Assembly (NCBI RefSeq): GCF_002105155.1
Contig: NW_019029012.1
Location: 124,001-188,000 of the forward strand
DNA from: Lobosporangium transversale
Lineage: Eukaryota
Length of the DNA: 64,000 bases
Direction of reading: 5' to 3'
In this document: positions 49,624-62,899 of the stretch, in pieces
Layout of the letters: each line of letters starts with the position of its first letter
How positions within the stretch are numbered: position 1 is the stretch's first letter
The notes under the pieces: generated by a model
Told to the model about the DNA's origin: nothing
Seen by the model: only the letters and a program-made list of their open reading frames with translations
Database searches by the model: none
Made by a program: the position numbers and the translations under genes

Positions 49624-52600
49624 TCAATGAATACGTACGGCTCCAGGCGGTATAAAAATTGCCCGTCCTCCGTCTTCTCCTGCACAAATGTCAATTGAAA
49701 ATGGATCATCACATCCACTAATCGCTTTAGGATTTGCCGCTCCTCAGGTTTGATCAGCTGTTTGTTGACTGGCCTCAAATACGGCGACAGGATGCGCAAG
49801 AAGGGTGAAAGCAGTTCTGTTGCAAAATTGTTCATTCGGAAGTGCCGCTGCGTTTTTGGGGGCAAGTTGATCACCATGCCCTGAAGAATACTCTCGTTGG
49901 CTTTGTGGGTCACAAAAGACTGATATCAGATCAATGGCAATACACAATAGTAGGGGAAAATTGGCAAGAAGAGAGAGGAGATGAGATGAGATGGTCATCC
50001 GCCGAGTATTATAGAGCAATAATCTAATCAAAGCAATACAAACGATTCTTTCACATTACCTCATAATCCGTCCGAGGGTATTCAACCTTTTGTCGAACAC
50101 TTCCGGCGAAGAAGCGATGGAAGTTGACAAACACATATGGAACATAGCCACCAACTTCATATTCGAAACTGGACGAGATCCTGGAGTTGAGTTGATCATA
50201 GAATGCTAACCAATCTCCGCAGGCTACGACCTTGTTCATCGCCACGTCATGGAAAATCATAGACGTATAATTCTCAAAACACCCTAATTAAATACATTAA
50301 TAATGCGTCAATCATTTTATCCGCGCCAGAACACAATTGTCGTATAATTGAATGGAAAAAAGGGTTGCTTTGTACTACCTTGTATCAGTTTTTCATATTC
50401 GCCATTTGTTTGAACAAGTGCAACCATGCGACTGATATAAGCATTGCCATCATCTAAAATTTAATGAATGTGGATTAATTCAAGTCATATCCTCGCCGGA
50501 AAAAAAAAAAAAAAAAAAAAAAGAGAGAATGGAGCAAATGATATTTACCTTTCACAAGACCCTCCCGACCTTCTTCAACCATCTTCAAGGCACTTCTCGT
50601 TTTACGAGCATAGGGCGCCTGGAAAAGCTCTTCCCATACTGAAAAAAGCGACTTGCTCTGGTCTTTGTGTCCAATGGTTGCTTTGTTAAGTGTTTCCAAG
50701 GTCAGTCCTTGCCCTTGATTATGTCCATGGCCGTTATATAAGCCACCAGAAGAAGATGTCGATGCTAAAGAGCTGGTTCCGCTCTTATTTTTGATGAACT
50801 GTAGTGTATTCAAACAGGATCTCATGTCTCCTTCTGTCATCTCATAGAGCGCACCAAATGCGCGTGTGTCGCTGGCGAGCTGCTCAATCTCACAAATCTG
50901 TTGAAGTCTTGTGATCACACTGCGAATAGAGGGCCTCTTGAATTGGTATATCTGTGCAATCACACGTAATGGACGTAGCACAGGCGCATATCTATGAAAT
51001 ATCATAGGCACTGAAAGATTTAACATTCAATCCCTTCAAAGTTCCTTTTTTTCCTTTTTTTTTCCTATACCCATTGAATAGAATCGTGACTTACTGGTCG
51101 TTACAAATACAGATGATGGGCCGCATCAATGGTTTTTTGGTAGACTTTTTACCTTTCTTTCCTGCAGATTTTAATCGCTCTTCCTTTGATACAACTTCCA
51201 CAGAAGCAATATCAACAAGTAGTTTAATAAAGCTCTGTTCACCACCGCTGGATGACACGCCGTCGATCTCGTCAATAACCAATAAATTAGGTTTGTTACT
51301 ACCAAGGATCGACTGGATCTCTAATACTGACTCAATCTTTCCTTTAACGGACGCTCCAGTTCGGTCATCACTAAGATCGAAACACGCAATACGTATCATG
51401 AGCAATGGACCGTAGATATTTGATCTTCAACAACATCATCAATTGAAAATAGAGTTTGGGGATGTACCTTGCATTAACCTCAATTACATTATACCCAGCT
51501 TGTTTGGCAATTACATGTGCCAACGTGGTCTTTCCCAGACCGGGTGGGCCTGTCAATAACAAAATTTTTTTATCAGGTCGACCAAGAGGATCTGGTTTAC
51601 GGAACTAATATCAAGGAAGCAAAAAAAAAAAAAAAAAAAAAAAAAGAATATATGTTGGATGTTTAGCTAATTTACTCAAGCTGGAATTGACGACAGGATT
51701 GGATGCAGAAATTGCTGACTTACATCCTTAAACTGCTTCTGGTATTGTTGTTGACGCTTATATTCTGGAGTGTACTTGGTATATTTACGTCCAAAAACGC
51801 ATTGATCCCATTGCTTAATCCAACTCAAAACCTCGCGGTTTACACGCTATAAATTGACATAAGTACCCAAGTTAATTTCGAATAGCAAAAACAAAGAAAA
51901 ATACAGAAACAAAATGAGTTAATCCAAGTCTTAATTACCTCGTCACCCATCAGATCCGTGTACATCTTTGGGCGATATTTGTCGACCCAGAGTCTTTCAC
52001 TGGGTTCTTGGGTAGCATAGTCCTCAGTTGCAGTCTCGTACTGATCATAATCGCCATATTCCAGTCGGTTGATGGCCTCTAATTTTTTCAGTCTAATCTC
52101 ACTGTCAAGCTCATCCATCATCCGATGAATAGGTAGCGAAAGTAGCGGCTTTATGGCCTGAGAGCTCTCTTTCATCTGTTTTATAAATGGAACCTTAATG
52201 TTTTAAGAAATAAAGATAAATGATATATCAACAAGTAGGCCCTCCACTGCATTAATCAAGTATATTTAGCATAAACAATACGTTTATATTCTAGCTCATA
52301 CCTTATCGTTGTCCACGCGCACTTTTTTCGGGAGATAAAACACCTGGCCTGAACTGTTTTTTGCCTTGATGAATGAACCTCTCTCTGGTGGCAAAGTGTA
52401 ATCGTATTTCGGGATCCCTGATGCTCGCTGCCGTTTTGAAAAAAGTTGTAGATTCGGTAGAGTAGACTTTTCTGCAGGTTTTGAATTATTTGAACCTGTA
52501 GAGGCATATCCGAGCCTTGTCTTTTTACTTTGTTCTGTATTATTTCGCGTAGATGAAGACTCGCCTACTTTATATGACTCCTTCAAGAACTGATCTACTT

Positions 52601-53799
52601 CCTGTATGGTTGAAAAAGTAGTGTGTTGCGGCTTTGATGCCGTTGCTGACGATGACGATGCTGATGACGATGACGATGGCTCTAAGGTTGATACTGAGGC
52701 ATATTTCCGTTTTTGATTAATGTCAAATCCCAAGAGCTCCTTCTGCCGCTGCTGTGCTTCCTGCTGCATCATGTCCTGTTCGTACATCTGTAGCAACAGC
52801 ATATCATCTAGCTCTGCCTCTTCTGCCCGTAATCTCTCATCTTCCTGAATCATATCTTCCAGCATGGAATCCTGTTGCCGCGCAGACATTTCGAGTAACT
52901 CCTCCGATAGCTGACTCGCCATTGGGTCAACTACTGACAGCGAGGCTCGATTGGAATCAAAGCTAGGTCGGGTGAACAGGTTAGATGTGATTGTTGTGTT
53001 GGACATTGGGGTGACAGTGGATGTAGTCGTCTCAGTTTTAGTAGGCCCTCCCGATAGAGTCCTGTGCTTCTGAGAGATACTAAGCCTTTCTAAGCCCAAA
53101 TTATCATCACCATCATTATGATCATCCTCATTCGTAGCCTCCAGAAGCGTGATACGTCGTGGAAAAAGCGGTTTCTTCGCCTGACGCAACTCTGAATCAA
53201 CATCTAGCTCACCATCTTTTCCAAACTGCGCCATAAAATCATCACCAAATAGATGATCGTCGTCATCGTCAGCGTCGTCATCGCCAAATACTGTCGTGTT
53301 CGATTGAGATTGCTGCTGTTGACTCTTTGAATGTTCTGGCAGTTGCTGCTTCTGGATTATATTGGCTACTGACGACCTCGACTCTACCTTTGCCAACACG
53401 AAATCAGTTGAATCTAGGCTTGGGAGAGTGCTGGTGCTAGTGGCAATGGTAGATAGCGTTGGATCCAATGATTGTGAGATATGGAGATCAATCTTGGGTT
53501 CCAACGGCATCAATAATGTATTTTCATATTCGTATTCGTCGTCTAAATCATCATTCTTCATCTCATCGTCGGAGTCTGCGAGTAATCTTGTGCGTGATCG
53601 ACCTTGAGTCCGTTGTCGATCATCGCCACTCGCCTCCTCCAAGGTTATATTGTCCCTCCTGATATTGAGCTCCAGCGAAGAGTCAGGTTCACGGAATTCC
53701 TTGTGTGCATGAGAGTCATGGTTAAGGCCTGTTGAATGTAATGCATAGTTGCGATGAGTTTACTACTCCACTTGATCATTACATTGTTCATTTAGCTGT

Positions 53800-53832
<33 letters not shown>

Positions 53833-53874
53833 GAAATTCCAATATTCTAACCTACCGCCGCCGTCCACCATCAT
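48905..53874 (-). CDS. CTF18: Chromosome transmission fidelity protein 18 (RFC-like clamp loader large subunit)
   Basis: Motifs: LWVDKYRP, Walker [18 protein letters not shown], Walker [33 protein letters not shown] and C-terminal [13 protein letters not shown]. The start is inferred from micro-exon MMVDGG (ATG 53874) spliced to ~53728 and is less certain than the gene call. Confidence 0.93.
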
Positions 53875-54297
53875 GCATACAGTATTAGTGTGTTTTACTT
53901 GACGGCTCAGCCCAGATGAAACTAATTAAGGTCCCGCGAATCCCTTCTATGCACACTGTTCCTTGAGCTGTTCAAAAAGTCGCTGAGTATTGAATTTTGA
54001 GAGAACAACTTGGAATGAAGATGCTCATGCCATGCAAAATAAACATGTAGTCTTTAAGCGCGTTTGTTTGTTTTTTCTGTACACGTGATTATATTAATAT
54101 ATCCAAAAGCAAATCCACAGTCTCTCTCTCAACGATCTCAGAGAATGAAGTGGATATAGTCGTTGTTTGAGTTTGAACTTTGAAAGATCGGAGACATGAT
54201 CACAAACAGAGACAGCGACCTAATGGTGTTTTCCTTAGTACCGAGTACCCGGCACTCCATGCGTTCCAATCTCACTTTTCTTTGCACATCATGTCAA

Positions 54298-54450
54298 AAA
54301 AGTGGATTCTATATGTTTTCATTGGCTAGATTCATATTAATTCAAATTTTTTATTTTAAATTGGCCTCGTTTTGCTCTTTTAAAATAAAAAATTTGAATT
54401 AAAATGAATCTAGCCAATGAGCATCGCAGAACACATATAAAATCCGCTTT
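54298..54450. repeat. AT-rich hairpin / MITE-like inverted repeat
   Basis: 42-bp arms at 54319-54360 and 54379-54420 with one mismatch and an 18-nt loop. Weaker outer arms AAAAGTGGATTCTATATGT / ACATATAAAATCCGCTTT. Confidence 0.85.
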
Positions 54451-54884
54451 CTAAAACACCGCTTTGAAAGGTTGCTTGCGTGCTCAAGCTAATTTTTTTT
54501 TTTTTTTTTGTGGATAGTACTTGTACGATGTCCAGGACAAACCATTCTAAGCAACTTGTCGAGCCAGAAACATGAGTGTATTTTTTCGAGAAACTGCTCT
54601 ATGCTGCAGATATTAACACCATTGATGCCTTTTTTTTTTTCTTCCCCCTGACTCCCTGTGCCTTGACATCTCGAAATGTTTCATGCCGATATTAGGCACT
54701 AGGCCGTATTCAAGAGAAATACCATAATCTCTGACTGTGCCGTGAGGCTCAAGGCTCTTTGAATGTTGGGAGAGACATTACTGAGGTGGCTGTCTATATA
54801 TATATACTAATCTTAAAAACTATAGAGGGGTTGCAAAGCGAGTACACAAGACTCAAGAACCCATATGTTTGGCTCTAAACAGGT

Positions 54885-54995
54885 CTGGTCAGCATGATAA
54901 AAAAATAAAATAAAATAAGAGAGAAAAGAAGACGAAAACAGCCCTGGTCAGCATGGTAAAAAAAAAATAAAATAAAATAAAAGAGAAGAGAGGAG
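54885..54995. repeat. Imperfect tandem duplication (~59-bp period)
   Basis: CTGGTCAGCATG(A/G)TAAAAAAA..TAAAATAAAATAA.AGAGAA occurs at 54885 and 54944. Confidence 0.75.
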
Positions 54996-56986
54996 AGGCA
55001 TTGATATAAAGTGCGCTTCCTTGCGAAGTGCTGTTGACGGGCTTGATAAACCAATGTTCTGACTGTATTTACACTAACTAGCGGTAGCGAATTAGTCTAT
55101 CATGGCTTCCATGTTTACATTAAATCACGACTTCCTCATGCCGTGTGGTACGCAAGTCGTAAAGAAGCATCAATCCCCAGTAACATCTGAATGGACCACT
55201 CAAAATGCTACAGGCCGAAAATCAGCATGAAATGAAAGCCACAGTATTGGTTTAGTGACTTGTAGACGATAAATAAAACTTTGGTCAGCAAAGAGTGTAC
55301 AAATTTCAGGCCAACCCAATATCACCATATTAGAGACAAAGATAAAGATACAGGATCTGATAGAGGCATCGAAACGGACACTGGCATGAGAACATGCTAA
55401 AGAGGAAGTTCAGGATCGAATTTTTTTAAAAAATAAAATAAAATAAAAAAAAATACAACTTTTATTCAAGTACCGAGGAGTGACAGAAGAGTACAAGGAA
55501 TAAAGACTAGGTCTTGAGCCAGGATCTCAATAACCCAAAATAACCACTTCTATCGCAATGTGGCATGACATGTCAGGCGATATGATTATATCTCCCTGGC
55601 ACTGTTGAATGCTACACAACTGTAATTGAGCAAATACTATATTTCATCATTTTGACATCAAAGGAAGCAGTGGGATATCAAGAATGCGCAGGGAGCAGAA
55701 TACACATAAGTCAAAGTAGCAACTCTATGCCTAGTAGAGCGATGCTCAAACATAAAACCTTGGTTTTATCCGATATCGCCACACGGTGTTCTTAAACCAA
55801 AGTTGATGAGTAGGTTAAGAACAGAAGGCAATGCTCCGACAGCTATCAATGAGCTTTATACTTCCCAGAAGTATCCTTGAAACAAGCCTATGGGCCCGAT
55901 ACATTCGTGCATTTTTTGGTCGGATTCATATGAGGCAGTGTTCCATGGAAACATAGTAGGCAGTCAAAATATGACCTGAGTGACACATTTGCATTTTACC
56001 AAGTCTCGGCGACCGCCGTGTCTCTAACCTCAGGTGCCTTTGATCAAACGCTGTGCCTATGAGCCGCCCTATACTATTTCGTCCAACCCAATTAAACTCG
56101 GGGCGGCTTATATACCTGAAGGAAGGTTGTGGGGTGTGGGTGGGAGAGAGCTGCACAGTGGAGATTCGACTGATGTTACGAAATAAATATGCTAGATTAG
56201 AAATGGCTAGACTTTTTCTTTGTTGTTGGAGTTGCAGCTACTTCAAGCATTGTTTATTGCTGCTACTGTGTACAGATACTAGCCTTACCATCACCATTGG
56301 ATCAATAGTTATTGAACAAAGGAAAATATGATTCTGCCGATCAAAGGGTTCTTTTATTTAGTAAACGTTGATTACAGTAGAGACAATGTCATGTGTATTC
56401 TGAAGTAGGCAAGCCATTCGCGGTAGGACAAAGGGATATGGAGACAAAGAAGGAGAGGGCAGACGAAGAGACAAAGAAAATAGAGGCAGAAGGGAAGGAG
56501 AGAGGGGCTGGGCGAGCAAAGAGAAAAAAAAGAGTTTGTGTGAAAGAGCGTGTGTATCAATTATAGTCAAACATGGATATGCTGGATGGATTGTAAACAC
56601 TAATCGACAGCTACAAAGTGAGCTCTGTCACATCTTCAATGAAAATACACAGGCTAGCCTTCAATAAGGAAGGAGGCATAACAGAACATCATTCCTCTTT
56701 TTATCCTGCCTGGAGATAATATGCTGCTTTCTTGGTTTAATGTTCATTTTGTCTCTTTCTTTATTTTTTATTTTTTTTTTATTTTTTTTTTATTTTTTTA
56801 TTTTTTTTTTTTTCTTCATCTTTTCTCTCCTATAAGTCATCGTACCTTAACTTCATTTCGCTTCCTCAGCGTTAGTCCTCTTTTTTCCTCATATGCATAT
56901 TTTTATCCGCAATCATACTGTGTCCATCCGTTGCCCCTCAAAATATCCCCATCTCTTCACTGGTCCTTACAAGCCTTTTCCGTGAT

Positions 56987-57241
56987 ATGAATCATATGTG
57001 TCGCCGTTATAGTACGACAGTAGTCGATGATGATGACGATCTTGAAGGCTATCCTGCCGATGGTGTCTTATACGAAGACACCCCTGACATCGACAGTACC
57101 GTTGAGAACGATGGTCAATTCGTAGTTTACCAAGGGGATGCTGCTGCGGCTGCTACCGCAGCTCTAGGTATTACTCAAGCCGATCAAGCCAACCAAGACA
57201 CTGGAGTCGAGAACAACCAGCTACCATCTGCTTCAAGTTAG
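56987..57241 (+). CDS. Small acidic hypothetical protein
   Basis: 84-aa ORF, D/E/A-rich, in a GC-richer island flanked by pyrimidine-rich UTR-like DNA. No recognisable domain. Confidence 0.45.
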   Translation: MNHMCRRYSTTVVDDDDDLEGYPADGVLYEDTPDIDSTVENDGQFVVYQGDAAAAATAALGITQADQANQDTGVENNQLPSASS

Positions 57242-57790
57242 ATAGACACCCTCTTTTCTTTCTTCCCCTCTAATCATACCGCTTTGTCCTTTTTATTTTT
57301 CATATTGCAAAACTATTCTGACAAAAACACACTTTTTTTCCTCTCTTTCTCCCTTTCTTTGACTTGAATGTCCATGCGAGCGTGGGACAGTGCATATGAC
57401 AGCTTTCAGCTACTATATAGACCGTTTGTGTGTGTGTATGTGCGTTTTTTTTAATTTTTTTTTTTTTTTTTTTTTTTTTGGACTCGGTCTTCCTGTGCTT
57501 ATGAGAGCTTTGGCCAGAGGATCAAAAGATAAAAAAAGAGCAATCATGAACCAAATGGCCAATAGTACCTCATCGGCAGTTGGCCCCATTGTCTTAAGTC
57601 TATCCTTCTGAATTTGTCCCCCCTTTTTAGTCTCATATAGTTTTTTTTATTCTTATTCCTTCTCTGTCTCTTTTTCTTACTCTCTTACCCCCTCTTCCTG
57701 CATGATTAACATCATGTACTTTACGCGTTTTGAATCTTCTTTCATTGTAGTTGCTATTGCTTCCTCTTGAGTGATGTTTTATAGCATTCT

Positions 57791-57828
<38 letters not shown>

Positions 57829-58345
57829 TCTCTTTTCTTTTATTTTCTTTTCTTTTTTTTTTTTTTATGAAGTGCTGTGTGATTTGGCTGCTGAAATCTT
57901 CAAAAGGCATGGCCCTGTCAATTGTATGTAGTAAATTTCTTTTTTTTTTTTTTTTTTTTTCTTTGAATTTTCAACTATGAAATAAATAAATATAAATATC
58001 CTTAAATGAAAGAAATAAAGAAAAATAGAAAGGAAGGTGAGAGTAATGAAAAAAGAAGGAAGGAATAACAAGATGAACTGGTCCGATAACTTTTTTTTTT
58101 TTTTTTTTTTTTTGTTTTTCGTATCACGGTTGACTTGTGCCTTATTTTAGCAAAGATCGATGACATTCTACGCTAACAGGCTGTGTAAAGAAGGAAAAAA
58201 AAAAAAAAAAAAAGAGCGGCGGATGAGAGAGGAGGACGAGGACGAGGATGAGGACGAGGAAGAGGAAGAGGGAGGAGGGGAAATGGAGAAGGAGAAAGGA
58301 TTATGGGTTGTTGGGAAGAGCACATTTGGATATTAGAACATACAT

Positions 58346-58380
<35 letters not shown>

Positions 58381-59384
58381 GTTTTTCTTTTTCTTTTCTT
58401 TTCTTTTATTTCTTTTTCAAATATTTGTGTGATGTCAGAGCAATGCCGATCCACAATGCTGCAATTGCGGAGAGTGAGGTGAAAATCGCATGATTATCTG
58501 TAAACTTCATTTTGATCCTTAATTGATCCTAGTGGTAGAAAGGGTCTGAGAGCAGGTGCGGGACAAGAAAAAAAATAAAATAAAACTAAAACAAAAGTAA
58601 ACAGGAAACAAGGATAAGACTTGGCAGCCGTAACCCATGGATGTGAGACGGAATATCCGTATATATGTTACCAAATGCACCAAATTGCATTCAAGCATCC
58701 ACGCATGCATACACAGATGTACACAAAAAAGGAAGGTGCAGAAAGCATGCATCATGCAATCTGTTCTGATTTAGGAGGTGTTTTGCTCCGCATACATTTC
58801 ATCATGTTTCTACGGAGTAAGAATCCCCCTAAGGGCAATTCGCTATGCTCTGTCTCCGGAGGTTTGCTTATGAGCAGGGAATGTGCATGTGTAAGTGCGC
58901 GTTCCGCGGTCCCACTATGATTCTGTCATTTTTTTAGGAGTTTGTGCTTATTTCTCTAGTCTTTTCCGGCATGTGAAAAGATGTGACCTCTACGATCTCC
59001 GTGCTATTGCTGTTGCTTCTTAGTACTACATGTATACTGGTTTTGGCACTTATTGTGCAACATGAGATGTCCTCACGATCGACAGAGATAAACCAAAAGT
59101 TTGCTTTGTCAGCATCTCAACTGCCTTGACATTGTCTGTTTTCCGCGCGTCTTCTGCTCATAGTTTCCTTCCATAACCGCGACAGCAATACGCAATATGT
59201 CCCGTCCACCTTACATCAACCTTTTTTTTTTTTTTTTTTTACTTCGCCAAGGGGTAACAAGTGAGCTGCATGAACTGAGCACAAAATTTTTTTATAATCT
59301 CCTTATTTTTTATATTATATACACTACTTAAATTATATACATTCAAAATGCCTAATATTGTCCTCTATTTATATTAACACCGCT

Positions 59385-62024
59385 TCAGAGTAACTGAAGT
59401 GTGTGGCGTCTCTCTGTGGCTTGAATGAATCCAAAGGGTGGTCGCGGCATATACAGGTAATTAGTGATGGCCGCTAGCGACTTGTAATCATATTGCGAGA
59501 GTGGAGCCTCGCCTCGGAAAAGCTGCTTCTGATGTACGGCTTCGAACCTTGCAGTACGTCCTCCCAATGGCTTTTTGCTTCCAAATCTGACTTTGCCAAA
59601 GCTGATGTTGTCAACAAAAAGGTGGCTATATTCTGGATGCTTGATCATCTCTTGGATTTTAAGGCGAAGGAAAGTTGAAGGCCCCATATTCTTGCCTTGC
59701 ACCAAAAGACAGGCCAAGACTTTTTTCAATGCCTCGTCGTCCATCTCGGGATGGGCCTTCTTCATTGCATCCCGTAAACCGGCCTTTGCAGATTTATTCT
59801 TAATCTCGAATGTCTTATTCTCCCACGGCTTGTGTTTGGGTGGTCCGATCTCAAGGAACCGTTTAAAGCTGGCCAGAACGATTGGTATCTGGACGCGGTC
59901 CCATGCAGTATGGATATGCCTCAAGTGGGATATAAGCGTGCCAGCAGGCCCAAGACGCTTGATGTTTGCTTCATACAAGACTGTGTAATAGTTAATCTTG
60001 AACTCCTTTAGAAGGCATGCGCTCATCGGAAGCCACGCCCCTATTCGGTTGGGCACTTCCACGACCTTAAGATATCGTAGAGGGATATGTGGGATCTCTG
60101 ACAAAAAGCTCGGTCCCTTTCTGTCCAGCTTAAGCAGTTTGGACATCTCTTCATCCATTAGTAGGATGCTGGGCCGGCTGAGTGACTGGTCAAACTCGGT
60201 AAGCCAATTCTCAAAAGTGGGATTTGTCAGGTTGCTCAAGCCGGCATCGATGACGACTCCACTGTGCCCCCCATTTTGAAAGTCGCGCTCACCCTGCCTC
60301 ACTATAGAGGTTTAACGCAATATTGCAAATAAAGAAAAAGAAAACCAATGAAGGTAGAGTAATGAGAGGAGTTAATAGATGTGCTATAGTGCCAACTAGC
60401 GCAACCTAATAATGACTCAATGCTAATGAGAGTCTAATTATTCACTCACCAAGAATGAGGGGACCGCGCTTATCAGTTGCATCCGCATTGCAGCACAGCA
60501 ATACTGTGGCGTTAGAATAGTCAACCCTAGTCGAATTTGGAAGTTTACAAGGCACAGCAGCCTCAGGCGAGAGGAAAATGTCGGCGATGTCACACGAGTA
60601 TATATCGCCAGGTTGGTACCGGCCCAAGCCCAGGCCCGAACCCAGGCCCAATGCCAATGCCTGTGTGGCCCAGCCACTGCAGTCTTCGGATGTTGGAGGC
60701 TTCCGAATGCATATATGATCGATATTATTGCGTTTAAAGAACTTTGGTACCCACCCAGTGCTATACTCGCAAGGCAGCAGCGGATCCTTCAGAAAGCCTT
60801 CCAACATCGCAGAGATTTGAACGGCTTGCCCTGCGATTTTTTGGATGGGCACAGGAATGCCACGCTCTTCAGTGTTTTCAAGCCATGATACGAGAAGGCT
60901 TTCTAAGACACGTCCATGGTTCTTGGTTTGACGACAAGAATGAGGCAGAATCCCGGATTGGAATGGTTTCTTGAGTATGTTCCCAACTTCTCCAATGAAC
61001 CCATAAACTGTCGACCTTGGCACCGAGAACAACTTCGCAATTTGGCCTATTGGGATGTGTTCCGTGTTGAATTTTTTATATATTTCCTGTTTTTTAGCCC
61101 ATGGGTAAGATTGCCTCTTTAGTCGTTTGGGATCCTTTCCTTTTACTTTGTCACCTTCAGGGTACAGAGCTATCTGGGGAGAGGGGGGAGTGGGGTCAGG
61201 GCCTTGATTAAGGGAATCCAAGCTCCATTCACGCGATGGCCTCTACAAAAAAAGTAAAAAAAAGGTTAATATTAGTGCCCTTGTAGGTAGAATTAAACAG
61301 CCAATAGCATGTTTCTAACCTCATAAGGATGAGTTGCATGATAATTGCTGACCTTCTTGTTTAATTTGTTTGACGGAACAATTACAGCATCCTGAGTAGG
61401 TAGGTACCCGATATGTGTTGTACTATGGAGCGGCACTGTCGACTGGTACGCAGCGGGATGGAACTGGTCAAACGATGACTGAGCTAATTGCTCCATCGAG
61501 TACAGGAATGGTTGAGTGGTGTAATATTGTAGCCCCTGAGGTAGGTTAGACAATGAACTGACATGCATACTATGCGGTATATCCGGGGATAGCTGCATTC
61601 CAGAGTAAAACTGTGGTTGGTATGGAGGCGCAGGCGGACCTCCAACAGCATTTGGTGGGTTTGGGTTGTTCATAAGGGAGGCATATTGCAGGTATCGCTG
61701 CTCTTCTTGAAAGAGTTGAGGGAAGCTGAGGTAGGCGCTTTCCTGCTGATACCGGTAGGGCGGAGCTGGTTGCAGTCCTCCAAACTGTTGTGGGTTTGGT
61801 GGAAACATTGGGTTATAATGTTGTGCCTCAGTGAACGGCGTTAGATAGCTTAATGGAAGGGCTGTTGGCATAGGCATTGGAATAGCAGCGACAACTTGTT
61901 GGTCGTGCATACTAAGAGTTGATGTGGGGTCTGATAATGCACGCTCAATGGCATCAAGTTCACTTGATATGACGCCACTACCTGTCTCATCGTCTGCAGG
62001 TCCACTAAGCCAGTTCTCATACAT
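59385..62024 (-). CDS. CENP-B/pogo(Tigger)-transposase-derived protein: Q/P-rich N-terminus, psq-type HTH, CENP-B HTH and degenerate DDE_1 domain
   Basis: Exons 62024-61320, 61242-60450 and 60301-59385 splice in frame. Motifs: KKQEI...IGQIAKLFSVPRSTVYGF; LESLLVSWL...GIPV...YSTGWVPKFFKRNNI; YQPGDIYSCD, TVLLCCNADATDKRGPLILG, FENWLTEFD..LSRPSILLMD, LPMSACLLKEFKINY. Confidence 0.85.
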
Positions 62025-62899
62025 GTATGCTTGAATAATGGGTCTGAAGCCGAACAGAGGATGGAATAGGACAGAGACAGTGTAAAGTGAGGTAAAGGCG
62101 AATATAGAGTGGAGGGTAGCAATGATAAAGAAAAAGAAAAAAAAAAAAAAAAAAAAGAATGAAAGAGAGGGCATTAAATGTTATCAAGGATGTTGGCGAA
62201 GCAAAAAAATAAACTCTTGAATATGTAGTAAATGTTGTAAGAAAGGACATTTCTGTGCATCCTCTTTCTATGTCGTATTATTGAATAAAATCCGACCATG
62301 CTTAGCATACCATTGCAATTTAGTAAAATGTGCACATGTGCAACAAAAACCTTGACAAGTCGTTTTGGGCGACATGGAAGCCCATTGGCCAATCAGATTC
62401 CAAATCCTGGCTTATTGCAAACTCACTGCGTTTTGTGAACACAATAAAATTTTTCAAAAGCCTCCACCTCCAATAACCGTTCGGGCCTCTTCCCTTTTTT
62501 ATACTTTCGGTAATGTGTCAAGGCATCAAAGGCACCATCTACTCGTTTATTTTATTCTTTTTATTTTTATTTTTTACTTAGCCAGTCAGCATTACGATAT
62601 CAGTAGAACTTCAAAACCCCGTCGCTTTACATTTAATTGATATAAAGACAGTGTTGTTATAATGATCAGAAGATTGAAAGACATTATAAGTACTGCTTAC
62701 ATAATTTTTTGTGGATATCTGTGTAACAGAACCATAGGGGAATGCATGACAACCGAAATGAACAGTCTAACTTTCAGAAGAGTTCCCCTTTTTGAAGATC
62801 TTCCAATATGACAGAAATAGATGAATAAATAAAAAAAAAATAAAAAATAATAATAAAAAATTATTTTGAAATAAAGGTCTATAGGTGATGCGGTTTATG

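Noticed and set aside
47793..58920. Many short ORFs with poly-Phe or poly-Lys runs (also elsewhere in the window)
   Set aside because: They are produced by poly(T)/poly(A) tracts in introns and intergenic DNA and show no coding signal.
59200..62400. CENP-B-like gene as an active DNA transposon
   Set aside because: No terminal inverted repeats were seen, the catalytic motifs are degenerate, and the gene has introns and an extra N-terminal exon.
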